Shown: one piece after another, positions 12,659-25,103 of the stretch
How positions within the stretch are numbered: position 1 is the stretch's first letter
Layout of the letters: each line of letters opens with the position of its first letter
Assembly (NCBI RefSeq): GCF_001194135.2
Contig: NC_068999.1
Coordinates: forward strand, 54,691,048-54,755,047
Length of the DNA: 64,000 nt
Direction: 5' to 3'
Source of the DNA: Octopus bimaculoides
Taxonomy: Eukaryota
Made by a program: the position numbers and the translations under genes
The notes under the pieces: generated by a model
What the model was told of the DNA's origin: nothing
Databases searched by the model: none
Seen by the model: the letters and a program-made list of their open reading frames with translations, nothing else

Positions 12659-13837
12659 CGCTAGGCAAATATTATCTCCCTTGTTAAGGAACTATTATTA
12701 GTCACTAAGGATATGTATGAAATAGTAAAATTGAAATTTCTATAAATTCTTTTTCAACATTTACTGACATTAAACATGCGATGAAAGCTATAGTTACAAT
12801 ATTAACCAAACCTTTCTGTTATACTCCCTCCCTCTCAGTTCTATATAAATCTAAGAAGCCCTTAGCAATGTGTACAATATAGAAAATACGTTCTTCACTC
12901 CAGTAACAGAACTACATACATTTTCATAAATTCCCCCACCCCAGCCATCAACTAGTGAAAGTAAAACATTTCATACAATACACGTGTCCCGAAAACGGGA
13001 ATTGAGTGACAGCGGATTTGTATATTTAAGAAGTTATGAGCAAACGGTGTCTCTTGTTCGATAAACAGAAAACCCGATGCAAAAATCTGCGGTGTGTATG
13101 TATATGTGTGTGCGTCTGTACACGCGCGTACGCATACATACTATATTTATCCACACATTCGTACATTCACATGCATCTTACAAAGATATGTGTAAATAAA
13201 CCGACTTCCGCATGACCTGGCACAATGATGACATCTAGAAATTGAATCGTGTTTGAAACAAGTATCTCGTTCAGGGAGATTTTTTTTGGGGTTAATTAAT
13301 AAGGACGAGTTGAGTATGATATCAGTGGCGACAAAATAAAATACCAAACAAGGTTAAGTTTGAAATATCTAACTCTTTGGCCTAGGACTGAATATACATG
13401 TCAAGTAAAACAGAACATTTATAACGGTGTGCTTTTACATCATACGATTACTTTATTTAAGGCTCTTTGTTGGAGCTTTGAAATAGATTGTTCTTCGAAT
13501 TTCCATACCTTATGGAGAAGGAAAAGGGTAAAATTTCATTCGTTTTTAAAGTTTCCCAGTGTTTTACACAACGGAAAATGCAATACTGAAAAATAATCGC
13601 AAAAATTTCCAAAAATACAAACTCGTCCCCTATTTCCCTATACTTTTCCCATGAGGTAAGGGGGTTTTGGAGGACAGCTATTCCAGCTCCTTTATTAAGA
13701 GGAACATTTAAAAAGTCAAAACAACCTATCATGAGAGAAGAGGGTTTATAGTCTGCTTGCAAATTCAAACTAGTGTTATGCATATGATAATCAGTGATAA
13801 TCGTGTTTAAACGTGTTTGCGTATATAAAATACATAC

Positions 13838-13947
13838 AGTAAATTCTCCTGTGTGAGGGTCGAAGCCGACATGAACGGTGTGCTCGAAGTTCGAGGGGTG
13901 TGATATAACTGGTTTTTCATTTTCCTTGATTTTGGCTATCTTGTTGC
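13838..13947 (-). CDS. PAK1: Group I PAK exon, CRIB/PBD (Cdc42/Rac-binding)
   Basis: (G)[36 protein letters not shown] matches CRIB consensus ISxPxxFxHxxHVG. Acceptor ttttatttttcag, donor gtatgt, phase 1 to 0. Not in the ORF track. Confidence 0.96.
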
Positions 13948-14327
13948 CTGAAAAATAAAATGTGTATACATATATAGATATAATAATCTCAAATAGCCAT
14001 TAAACATAACAAAATAACTAGATATAAAGAAATATAAAGCAATATGGTTACAATCAAGTAGGAAATAAAATTACTATTTATAGGAATTCTGAAACAAGGG
14101 AGATTAACTGCAATGAAGTCATGGAAGAGATCCATAAGACGAGCCAAAAGAAATATTTAATGTTGAATAGCTAGTCAGGATTAGCTTTCAATGGAGGTTT
14201 CTTATCACAACAAAGTAACTTACTCTATCATCTGATAATGACAGTTGTAAACATGAGACCAACAAAACAAAATATCAGACAGCCCAAAATAGATAGGTTG
14301 ATAACGTGTGGTGGTAACAAAGTCTAC

Positions 14328-14369
14328 CGACGAATGACGACACATAGGAATTGGTAGGAGCAGCCGGGT
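14328..14369 (-). CDS. Candidate 42-nt cassette exon of PAK (D-PAAPTNSYVSSFV-G)
   Basis: Long pyrimidine tract with ttaac branch-like motif and ttag acceptor; open phase 1-1 frame; weak donor G|gtagac. Confidence 0.25.
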
Positions 14370-17300
14370 CTAAGAAAGAACTGAAGAAGAGAAGTGGGTT
14401 AATGATTGTGAAAATAGTATAGCAATGCGAGAGAACTAAAGGTGAAAGCTGTGTCAATAGGTCCGAATGTACATCCGTAGTCATCTGAAGATGTGCTATT
14501 TTTTGCACTTTACAGACCGAGATGGCTGGCTTCAAACAGTTCAGTCCATCGCCTGTTTGGTTTCCTGTTTGGTTTCCTGTAACTGATCTAATTCTTTTGT
14601 TCAGCTCAGCAGAGTTCTAAATATATTTCCGGACATAAGAACTGCAGAAAATACTGACCGATAGCATTTTGTAGAAGAACCATTATCATTGTATTGAATG
14701 AACCTTTCGGTGCTCTGTGTCATTCACAATGCTAAATTAAGGGTGAAACATTCTTTGTTCAGAAGTGCTAAACATAAACTCTAAGCCAGTGACACACAAC
14801 TGTTTTCAGCAGATAATCTACAAAACTCACGAGAAAAACTTAATGGAACAAGAGGGTGTAAATATTTAAAATTTGGAAATTTATTTATGCATTATATAAG
14901 ATACACAATGTGTGCGTGAGTGTTTATGTCCCCGTAACTTGGCGATTCGGTATAAGAGATCAATAGAATAAGTAACAAGCTTTACAAAAAGAAAAAAAAA
15001 AATACTGGGTCGATAAGTTCGACAAAAGTTCTCTAAGGCAGTGCCCCAGCATGGCTGCAGTGTAAAGACGGAAACGATAACAGATACATGTCAATTTACT
15101 CTTAATTGACTTAAGTTTTAAATTGTCTTCTGAAAAATTCTTGACTTCCACAGTCTTAAGAAACTTGCTGTAGATCATCAAAACATTGATAGGGGTATTG
15201 ATGGTCCAACTGGACTATGTTGTAGATAGTTAAAACCATTGGTCCATTAAAACAGAAGATATGTAACGTGCAGGCATGTATAACTTATGACTGAGAAGTT
15301 AAGAAGTTTGTTTCGCAATCATGAAGTCCCAGATTCTATCTCATTGTCTGGAATATTAAGCATGTATCCTCGACCATAATCGTGTGTCGATCAAAGCATT
15401 ACGGGTGAATTTGAATAGATGGTATCCCGTGGAATGGACCATAACTGTAAATGCAAACCTATTCGTTACAACTAATACGGCAGATAACTAAATCTATTAA
15501 ACTTATATTTAAAACTATATTTGTACTCAGTATGTAGAACACGCTGCCAAGGAACTTTCTCCTTTATCTATATTGTTAATATTATGTTTCTTAAATGAGG
15601 TCTAATAAGACTGAAACAGGTCGAACTGGCTTTAGATGTACTCCCATTTATAGTGTTTAAAAAAATTTCTATCAACTGATTTAAGAGGGTTATCTCCATT
15701 GTCCGCTTTTGATTTAAAATACTAATAGAGGGAACTTGTCTTAATACAAGTTTTGTAACTTATCATTCGAGTTAGCAGGATCGTTAGTGCATCGAACAAA
15801 ATGCTTAATGGCATTTCTCCCGGCTTTACGTTCTGAGTTCAATTTCCGCCAGTCGACCATGCCCTTTCATCCTTTCGGGGTCGATAAAATAAGTACCAGT
15901 TGAGAACTAGAGTCAATGTAATTGACTAGCACTCTCCCCTAAAATTTCGGGCCTTGTGCCTGTAACAGAAAGGCTTATTGTTATCACGTATTTAGTGGTT
16001 AGAACAGTGCCGACGTCTTTTCTCACTACCATATTTGATGAGAGAGCGCGGGGATTAAAAGGGACCGAGATTGGGAAGTAATTGAGCTTTATCTAACATG
16101 AACAACTATTCAAACAATTTATATTTGACTATTTATTCAGCACACACATTACTATTACTGAGACATATGTCATGTCTAAAACACCTTGAACACCTTTGTT
16201 GTATTTTTTAGCTCAGGTCATTCACTCTAACCGAAGAGGCATTCCATATGTAACCATGCCTATTTTCGGCGGATTATGACAGACTGCATTATGTAATGTC
16301 TCATTTCCTAATGTAAGTTGGTAGCTGTGTGATTCGAGGAAGATTTGACTGTTGGTGTGTATGTGTATAAAAGCAAACAAAGATGTCTTATAGATGAGGC
16401 AGATAAACTCGATTACCACTGAAAACTTTTAACTCATTGTTTTCTGATGAAATAAGTCGCCCGCCCATACACACATTAAAAATGTTAAATGACATGTTAA
16501 AGGAAAAATGAGAAACCAAGAATAAATAAATAAGATAATAACAAAAAATAGATTTTATCTCCTTCCATAGAGGTAATAGCATAATAGTTATCGAACCCTC
16601 AGCCATCAGAAACAGCTTCGAAACAAAAAAGACGAACAGCAATGGTTAGTTTGTGATGAGACGTGATGGTAAAGTCGAAATAAAGCTAAATAAACACACA
16701 CACACACACGTAAGGTAATCATTAACTAAAGCGGCGTCAATTAAAATGAAACTAATAATAATAAAGGGAAAGTACAAAAATAACTTGTGTAACCTAAAAT
16801 GACTCAAACGAATGTTTAAAAATAGCCTATTATTATAGATTAGGTAATTATTGTAGACTGTTTTCATTTCTCAACACTATCGTTTAGTTAACTTATTAAA
16901 CCGAGCAGTGTTGAAAATACTTTTATTTTTTAAATCATTACTGTTAGTTTAATTAGTTAAATTCCGTGTGCGTGCGTGTGTGTGTGTGCATGCAATGTCT
17001 GTGTGGGGAAAAAGGAACCTCATCACTACCACATTCTATTCCACCACATTTTACTCTACGAATTCTACAAAAAGTTACTTAATGAAAGGTTTGAAGGAGA
17101 TAATTAACAGTCTTGAATTGCCAAGAGTGGAGCACAGTGAATTTGAAAGATTCGACTCTTTGGTTAAAGCAACATTTATGCACTACAGTTCTACACAGTA
17201 ACCACCACCACGACCACCAACAACACCACACAACATGTATTCTACACAATCGTCACCTAATAGATAACTAAAACACAATTCACAATAAATATGTAAAAAG

Positions 17301-17479
17301 TATCACCTAACGGAAGAAAAACAAAAAACAGTGTTCAACTCACACAGCAAATGTTCTACATTACAAGCTGACAAGACATACCAATAAGACCAGAAAAACA
17401 ATTCCTACAAAACAGAACACGCAGCATAAAGACTATTGAAAACATTGAATTAATCGTTGATGATAATGATCCCTTTAAT

Positions 17480-17870
17480 TGCCCACTAGGGTAGCTGCCC
17501 ACCGACTTGGTTAGGTAGATCATAGCCGTAACCACTGACCCCTATTTCTTTAGAATGGTGCTGATTGTCTCCACTTCAATAGCCCTCTTGGTTCACCCAG
17601 TTGAAAAGTTCCATTTTCTGCAGTAATGGCTCAAGAGCCAGCATGTACAGAAGAAGAGAGAAGGGGTAACTTAGTGGAATGGGACATATGATGTGAAATA
17701 GTTCTGGAAGTTGACTATTTACTTTGACCACCGAGCAAGTGTTGCAGTGCCCTAGAATGAACCAATCACCTAAAATCTGTCTGAGATGGCTTCCAAATTG
17801 ACCAGGGTCCCAGTGAAGCCAACTTTGTTCCCAATCCACTCTATGATGTATTGCACAAAGCAGAGGTTAT
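17480..17870 (-). mobile_element. Tx1/L1-clade LINE reverse-transcriptase remnant
   Basis: Frameshifted pieces QYIIEWIG..GTLVNLEAISDR, SVVKVNSQL..F.I..PFSLLLYMLALEPLLQKME (cf. QGCPLSPLLYVLALEPLL) and IYLTKSVG. Confidence 0.7.
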
Positions 17871-20800
17871 TGTGGAGCAACCTCTATTTCTTTCTACTGC
17901 TAGCTTTTTGCCAAATGTTACGATTTTGACCTAGTTGCCCTATGTTGATTGCTGCCTAACCAATTCACGAACTTGGTCCCTGTAATTTTTGCAAACCAGT
18001 AACTTTCAACAAGTTCTTGTTTCTGGGTCTAATCTAAGTCAACCAATCAGATAACAAATGTGTAGTTTATGTAGTCAGCTAGTTTTTAACTGTGGACATC
18101 CTACACTATCTATTCACTGGCCTAACAAATACTTTATCTAGATTCAATCCACATGACCTGCTGTGGTTGTTCCATGTCCACACTGGCACGACAAAGAAAT
18201 CCAGTCAATACCTGTCAGGCAGTTAGAAAGATTTTCAAGGCTTTTGCACCTTTTCCTCCTATGTGTCACACCACCACCCACTGTTTCGCCAAGTGTATAA
18301 AATGTAGTTCCAATTTGCCACTAATAGTAGATATCAGGATGTCTCGAGGAAAGCTCCTAGACATTTGAAGAAATTGGTACAATAATTTATCAGCCCCAAA
18401 GGAATGAAAGCAAAGTTGACCTTGGTAGGATTTGAATTCTGAAGGTAAAGACCCAGGAAGGTGCATGGTCCAGTGATGGGCTCACAGTTATGAGGTAGTG
18501 AGTTCGATCTGCGGACTGGGTTGTGTTGTGTTGTTGAACAAGACACTTTATTTCATGTTGCTCCAGTTCACTCAGCTGCGACGTCACAGGTGCCAAGCTG
18601 TATCGACATTTGCCTTTCCCTTGGATAACATTGGGTGTGGAGAGGGGAGGCTGGTAAGCATGGGCGTCTGGTCTTCCATGAACAACTTTGTCCAGACTTG
18701 TTCCTTGGAGGATAACTTTCTAGGTGCAATCACATGGTCATTTATGACTGAAGGGGGTCTTATACTTATTTAGTGATGATGATGATTTTATTTATTTGCC
18801 ATAAGAGTGACAGATGTAGAGAACGTTACACGACAGGTTACAAAATAATAACTGACAGAAATGGAAAAGTGATGTTAGTAACTGGATCCATACAGATGTC
18901 ATTTTGTTATGAAAAAGCTGTTGTTGTTGCAGTTGTTAATTTGAGGTTAGATGAGGAGTCATCAGCCATTATACTATTTCTCAGTTGCAAATTGACAACA
19001 TATTCTAAGCACAGATCAATCATTCAATGTTTATCCATATACTTATAATAAAGAAAGTAACACTAATGGAATAAAGATGTGTTGATATATTTATTAATAT
19101 ATGGAAGATAATGACACTGAGATGTTGAAAAAAAAAACCCTGTCTGCGATGTGGTGGAGATAGTTTTTTATCTCCTTAGATCTGAATAACCATTGTAACA
19201 GCATAGAAGTTGCAGTTGAGAACCAACTAAGGCAGTTCCATAAAAGAATGAAATTACTGGTAGACTGGTAGTTTTTTTCCCCAAAACTATTTTAAACACA
19301 GAAAATATATTTTCAAAGATGAAACCATAGCCATTATTTCCAAGCAAGTGCCATACTTTTATTAATTGTTTTAGATGTCTATGTAATGACGAGTAGACAT
19401 AGACAAGTCTTCCCACCCCTTGACCCAGCAGAACATTGGGGATGTGACAGCTGGAGGGATAAAGAGTTGCATTGTGCTATACTGTTACTCATTTTCATTT
19501 GACTTGACAGGAGCCACAAGAAATGAAGGGCTTTGCTCAAGGACACAATGCATTGCCTAGACCAGTAATTGAAGGATATAAACCATGTATAGGAAACAGA
19601 TTTGGTAAAGGATTAATATTGGCATTTGAAAAGATTTAAGGAAACACAAAGACATTCATTGCTTTCTGCTGATCTAATAACTATGATAATGATTTCAAAT
19701 TTTGGCACAAGGCCAACAATTTCTGAGGAAGGGGTAAGTTGATTATTCTGGTACTTATTCCACCGACCCCAAAAGGATGAAAAGCAAAGTTGATCTCGGC
19801 AGAATTTGAACTCAGAACATAAAGACGGATGAAATGCTGCTAAGCATTTTGCCCAGCATGCTAACAATTCTTCTAGCTCACTGCCTACTGCCTTTCTAAC
19901 GATTATAATGATGCCATGGGTTCATGATTCATGTTACAATTATTGTTTTCTCCAAAATCCACATGCAGTGCTTCCCTTGGCACAGCCTGCTTTGGTGCCA
20001 CTTAAGGCTTCTGACAGTCAAAGTTAGGTATGCATCTGACTTGTGGAAGCAAGCATTTAGGCAAAGTTTTTTGAGGAAACTGGCAGTTGTCCAAGTATGC
20101 AAATCTCTCCTTTCCACAATACTAATATTAATCCAAGGAAAAGGCTTCTGACTTCAACTGATACAGCTTGATGTCAGTGTCATCACAAGCCCTGCTGTCA
20201 GAATATAAAAAAACTAGAACAGCCACTTTACTGGATCCTCTAACAGCTCTGCTAATCCACTTCCATGGATTGGTCCCTTTTCATCAATCCTGAAAGAATG
20301 AAAGGAGAAGCAGAGCTCAGCAGGATTTGAACTCCAAGAGTAGAGAGCTGGAATGAATACTGCAAGTGAGGGTGAAGAACATTTACATGATACTTGTTTC
20401 AATCACTGGACTGTGACCATGCTGGAGTACTGCCTTGAAGGGTTTAGTCAAACAAATTGACCCCAGTGCTTGTTTTTAAACCTGAAACTTATTCTATCAT
20501 CCTCTTTTACTGAACTGTTAAGCTACAGGTATGTAAACAAACTAACACTGGTTTTCAAGCAGTGGTGGTGGTGGGGGACAAAGACAAATATATAGACACA
20601 TGATGTGATGAGATTCCACATAGTTTCCATCTTCAAAATTCACTCACAAAATACTGGCTATCTTCCACAAACATGCTCCCAATCAGAGACATAGATGTTC
20701 ATAAATTCGCAAACATACATGCTTACACATCAACCACAAACATATGCATACATACACACATGCTTACATGCATGTGCATGCGCACACACACACACACACA

Positions 20801-21195
20801 AGTTCACATACAGACATGCACACTCACCTAACAAAATAGCTTGTAAATAATCACACTGAAAATATTCAAAAAATATTTTAAAAATCTGGAAATGTCGTAG
20901 TGGTGGTGAGGGTGAGTGGAATTCAGTGTTTATAATAAAAACTGTACACCATATTAAACTAATGTAGAAGTGGTTAAGTACAGCATAAACACTACCACCA
21001 ACAATAGCTCAGAGAGAGAGAGAGAGAGAGAGAAAGAAAGAATGAATGAATGAAAGAGGAAGATACTGTGGCTGAATTATGCACTGTTGGTGTTACATGA
21101 AGGAAGTGAAGGGTTTTCGAAAATAATATAAGCTCTGCATGGGTGAAAGTGAAATGGAAGACTGGAAAAAGCAGAGAGGCTTGTGCTGTGCTCAC

Positions 21196-21237
21196 ACTCC
21201 AGGTGATGAGGGGAGAACCAACGGCTGTCAGTCAACA
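21196..21237 (-). CDS. Candidate 42-nt cassette exon of PAK (V-LTDSRWFSPHHLE-C)
   Basis: Acceptor cttctgtgcctcgcgtcttcttgcag, donor gtgagc. Only the phase-1 frame is open, which is the phase this intron requires. Confidence 0.4.
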
Positions 21238-21422
21238 CTGCAAGAAGACGCGAGGCACAGAAGGTTTACTTTATGGCAAGATCAATAATTATTTAACAGA
21301 GTAGAACAGAGCAAAGAGTATGCCCTCTTTGTTTCTCTTTAATCAATTCCTTTGCAGAAATTAATGAATAGGAGTGAACCCTTCAAAGGGAGCATGTGAA
21401 GGAGAAACAGTGAAGAAACCAT

Positions 21423-21453
<31 letters not shown>

Positions 21454-23224
21454 TAGGAGTGGGGAAAGAAATTCAACGAAATCCTGAGAAAATTAAATTT
21501 CATGGCTTAAAACTGTTTTATTAGGTTAATTCCAACGTCAAGAATATCTCTGAAGTAGTTTCGATTTGGAGGTTGTTAAATGGGGAAAAGTTACCCCCCC
21601 CCCACTCCTTACTGCAGCCTTTTCTTTACTGAAACCTTGTTTGAATATTTGAACATTAAATAAGGAACCAAACTGCTGTTCTCTGTCTGCAATGACTAAT
21701 GTCCTATTTACTGCTGCTGCAGTTGTTGGCTCCTTTACTTAGCAGTAACTGATTAGATGTAAGGACAAGGGAGAAAGTTTTAATCAAAAACATGGAACAG
21801 AAAAATACAAAATAAAGGAAGCAAATATCATATTGTAGTAGGATGCATTCAGAAGCCATAAAACACACACAGCTCTCACAAAACATAAATCGCATGCACG
21901 CAGGGAGTTTTAAACATTTTACATCCAAGGGCCAAGCTATATGTAAATTTGTGCAATTTCTTCCTTGCTCAATTAGTTAAAAGTGGAAGGATTAATTAAC
22001 ACAAGACAATTTTTTTTTTTAAGAATGGCATGGAATAAATAGAAAACTCCTACATTTCTCACTCACAGCTTCTGAGAGGTTAATGAGGAAAAATACAATA
22101 AGTTATATATCCTAAATTCTGATTTGAAAAAAAAAAATTCAAAAGTAACCCTTTTGTTACCATATTTCTGTTGAAATATGCTGCCTTTCTTTCGGTTGAT
22201 TCTGAAATTAATTAAGAATTTAGTAAAAAAACAACTCAGCATAAACTGGTCTTTGAAACACAAATTGAGATGAAATTTTAATGGAAGGCGTTAACTTAGA
22301 CCTCTTCAAAGCAGGAAAACCTTGTATAAAAGATCACTCTTAAACAAGAAAACTGAGGACAGCCCAGTGGCCTGTGTTGCTATTCTTCAGAATTTCATTA
22401 AGGTGTACTACACCCTAGATTAAATGATTGCTTGTGCAGACACTGGGTGCAGGAAATTTTGAAATGTTCAAGGGTTTCCATTAGTAACTTGTATGAGTGA
22501 AGTAAAAGAGCTAAACACTGCCTACTTTGATAATAATAACTTTGTGACCACTGCACGACCCTTTCCTATATGTTTTAGGACAGGGAAATTAAATTTCTAA
22601 AAATAATTCTTCCTTACTGGAGTTCTTTTGCAAAAGATCTGATGTTTTCAGCTTAATAGGTATTAAATGTGTGTGTGTGTGTGTGTGTGCATGACAGATC
22701 CAATGATAAGGCAAACGCCAAGCTAATACTGAAACTAATTGATCTTGTAATTACTAAATTCTTGACAAACTGACACAACAAACTAAAACCTTGAATTAGA
22801 TCCAAATGATTGATAGAGTAAGTACCAAATGGTTTACTTTAAAAAAAAAAAAGAAAAGAAAAAAAGTACTGGGGTTGATAATTTGTTCAACTAAACCCTT
22901 CAACAAGGTAGTGCCATGGCTGCAGTCCAATGAGTGAAATAGATAAAAGATTAATGGTAAATATTCAGATTTGTAAAATGCCATGCCATCCATGTTGAAA
23001 CAACAAAGGAAATATGTTAAGAGATAAATGTGAAGGTTAGTCAAGCAGTTAGAGTATCGGGCACTAATTGAAGGAGTTAGTGACCAGTACTTAGTCACCC
23101 ACGCTATATTGTGTTGGTGGTCAAAATAGCTTTTAACACCCAACAGCCTACACATCTATAAAAGTAGGTGCAACAGCAGAGAATTACTAAGCAGAAGCAG
23201 CTGGTTCAGTATCCAGAAATGAGC

Positions 23225-23515
23225 TGGTTTGTATATGATAAGTCATAAGCTACTTGGTTTGTATATGATAAGTCATAAGCTACTTGGTTTGTATATGATA
23301 AGTCATAAGCTACTTGGTTTGTATATGATAAGTCATAAGCTACTTGGTTTGTATATGATAAGTCATAAGCTACTTGGTTTGTATATGATAAGTCATAAGC
23401 TACTTGGTTTGTATATGATAAGTCATAAGCTACTTGGTTTGTATATGATAAGTCATAAGCTACTTGGTTTGTATATGATAAGTCATAAGCTACTTGGTTT
23501 GTATATGATAAGTCA
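23225..23515. repeat. Perfect 30-bp minisatellite, 9.7 copies
   Basis: Unit TGGTTTGTATATGATAAGTCATAAGCTACT, identical in all copies. Confidence 0.97.
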
Positions 23516-25040
23516 ACTGTGTTGTACATAAGTCCTAAATCAGTTGGTTCTTTTCATTTCTACCACCACAACCACCATCTTCATAGTAATAGATTACCCT
23601 AAAAACAAAAAGAAGGAAAACAAGACAAGAAATCTAATAAGTTCAACTGACTCTAGTTAGTACCCAATCATGTAATAAGGTATCTATCAATTTTGTTGTT
23701 GTCATTGTTAGAGATGGTGATGGTGTCATAACCAGCATGTTTATTTTAAACAATCATGGCATCACATCACTTTTTCAAGCCACTCTTCACGACTTCAAGG
23801 CCGTTGCTTTGAGAAAAATCTACTTAAGATACACATGTGACATGATGGACAAGCTGAACAAATTTGGAGATTAATTAAGATGATGTTTATGTCCTTATAT
23901 GGAAATAACCTGGTTGTACATACCTTTCCGCATCTCCGTAATCTATATTTTTCACTTGTTTCAGTCATTAGACAGTGGACATGCTGGAGCACCGCCTTGA
24001 AGAATTTTTAATTGAAGGAATTGACCCCAGTAATTTTATTAAAGCTTGGTACTTATTCTATCAATCTATTTTGCTGAACCACTAAGTTACAAGGACATAA
24101 ACACACCAACACCAGTTGTCAAACGATGGTGGGAGGACAAACATGGACACAAAGACACACATACACAAACACATGATGAGCTTCCTACAGTTTCCATCCA
24201 CCAAATCCACTCACAAGGCTTTGGTCAACCTGAACCTAGAGTAGAAGACACTAGCACAAGGTGCCATGCAGTGGCACTGAACCTCAGAAGCATGTCGTTG
24301 GGAAGCAAGCTTCTTACCACAGTCACACTGGCGCCCTCTACGTATATGATGATCATCATCATCGTTTAACGTCTGCTTTCCATGCTGGCATGGGTTTGAC
24401 TGTTTGACTGAGGACTGGTGAAACCAGATGGCTACACCAGGCTCCAATCTGATCTGGCAGAGTTTCTACAGCTGGATGCCTTTCCTAATGCCAACCACTC
24501 CGAAACTGTAGTGTAGCTTTTATGTGTCACCGGTACAAGGGTGAGTCAGGCGGGTACTGGCAACGCCACCCTCAAAAGTGCTTTTTGAGTTGTGATCCTT
24601 GTACTGGTGGCAGTTTCTGCATCGCCCACCAGACAAGGGATCGGGGGACCCTGTCAAAGGTTTTCTCCCAGTCCACAAAAGCCAAGTATAGGGGTTTATC
24701 TTTGGCTAGGTATTTTATATATAAATATAATTGGAAAAATCTGGAGTCAACAAGAAGGAGTACGGTTGAACATCTATTTTTCAGTCACTACAATTGTTTC
24801 TACGCAATGAAGTTTTCTAGGCATGTAGGTGCTTGAAAAATAATTGTCCAACCATACTTCTTGTTGACTCCAAATTTTTTCAATTATCTATTCACACATG
24901 AGAGATGTTCAAATGCAAGCCTGGAAGTATGTCTAATACTGCTACTGGATAGCACAGGGTGAAATCTGAAGGTGGATGAGCTTTATACTGTACTCTACTA
25001 TGTTCTTAACAGAATATACCATAAATAATAATATATATAA

Positions 25041-25103
<63 letters not shown>

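Noticed and set aside
14275-14535. ORF with a hydrophobic stretch suggesting a membrane-anchored PAK N-terminus
   Set aside because: The LLFFSSFL segment is better explained as the translation of a polypyrimidine tract, and the Met context is weak. Kept only as the micro-exon hypothesis.
23206-23531. Two repetitive ORFs and a CRISPR-like look of the 30-bp array
   Set aside because: Units are contiguous with no unique spacers. The ORFs exist only because the 30-nt unit has a stop-free frame on each strand. Eukaryotic intron, no cas genes.
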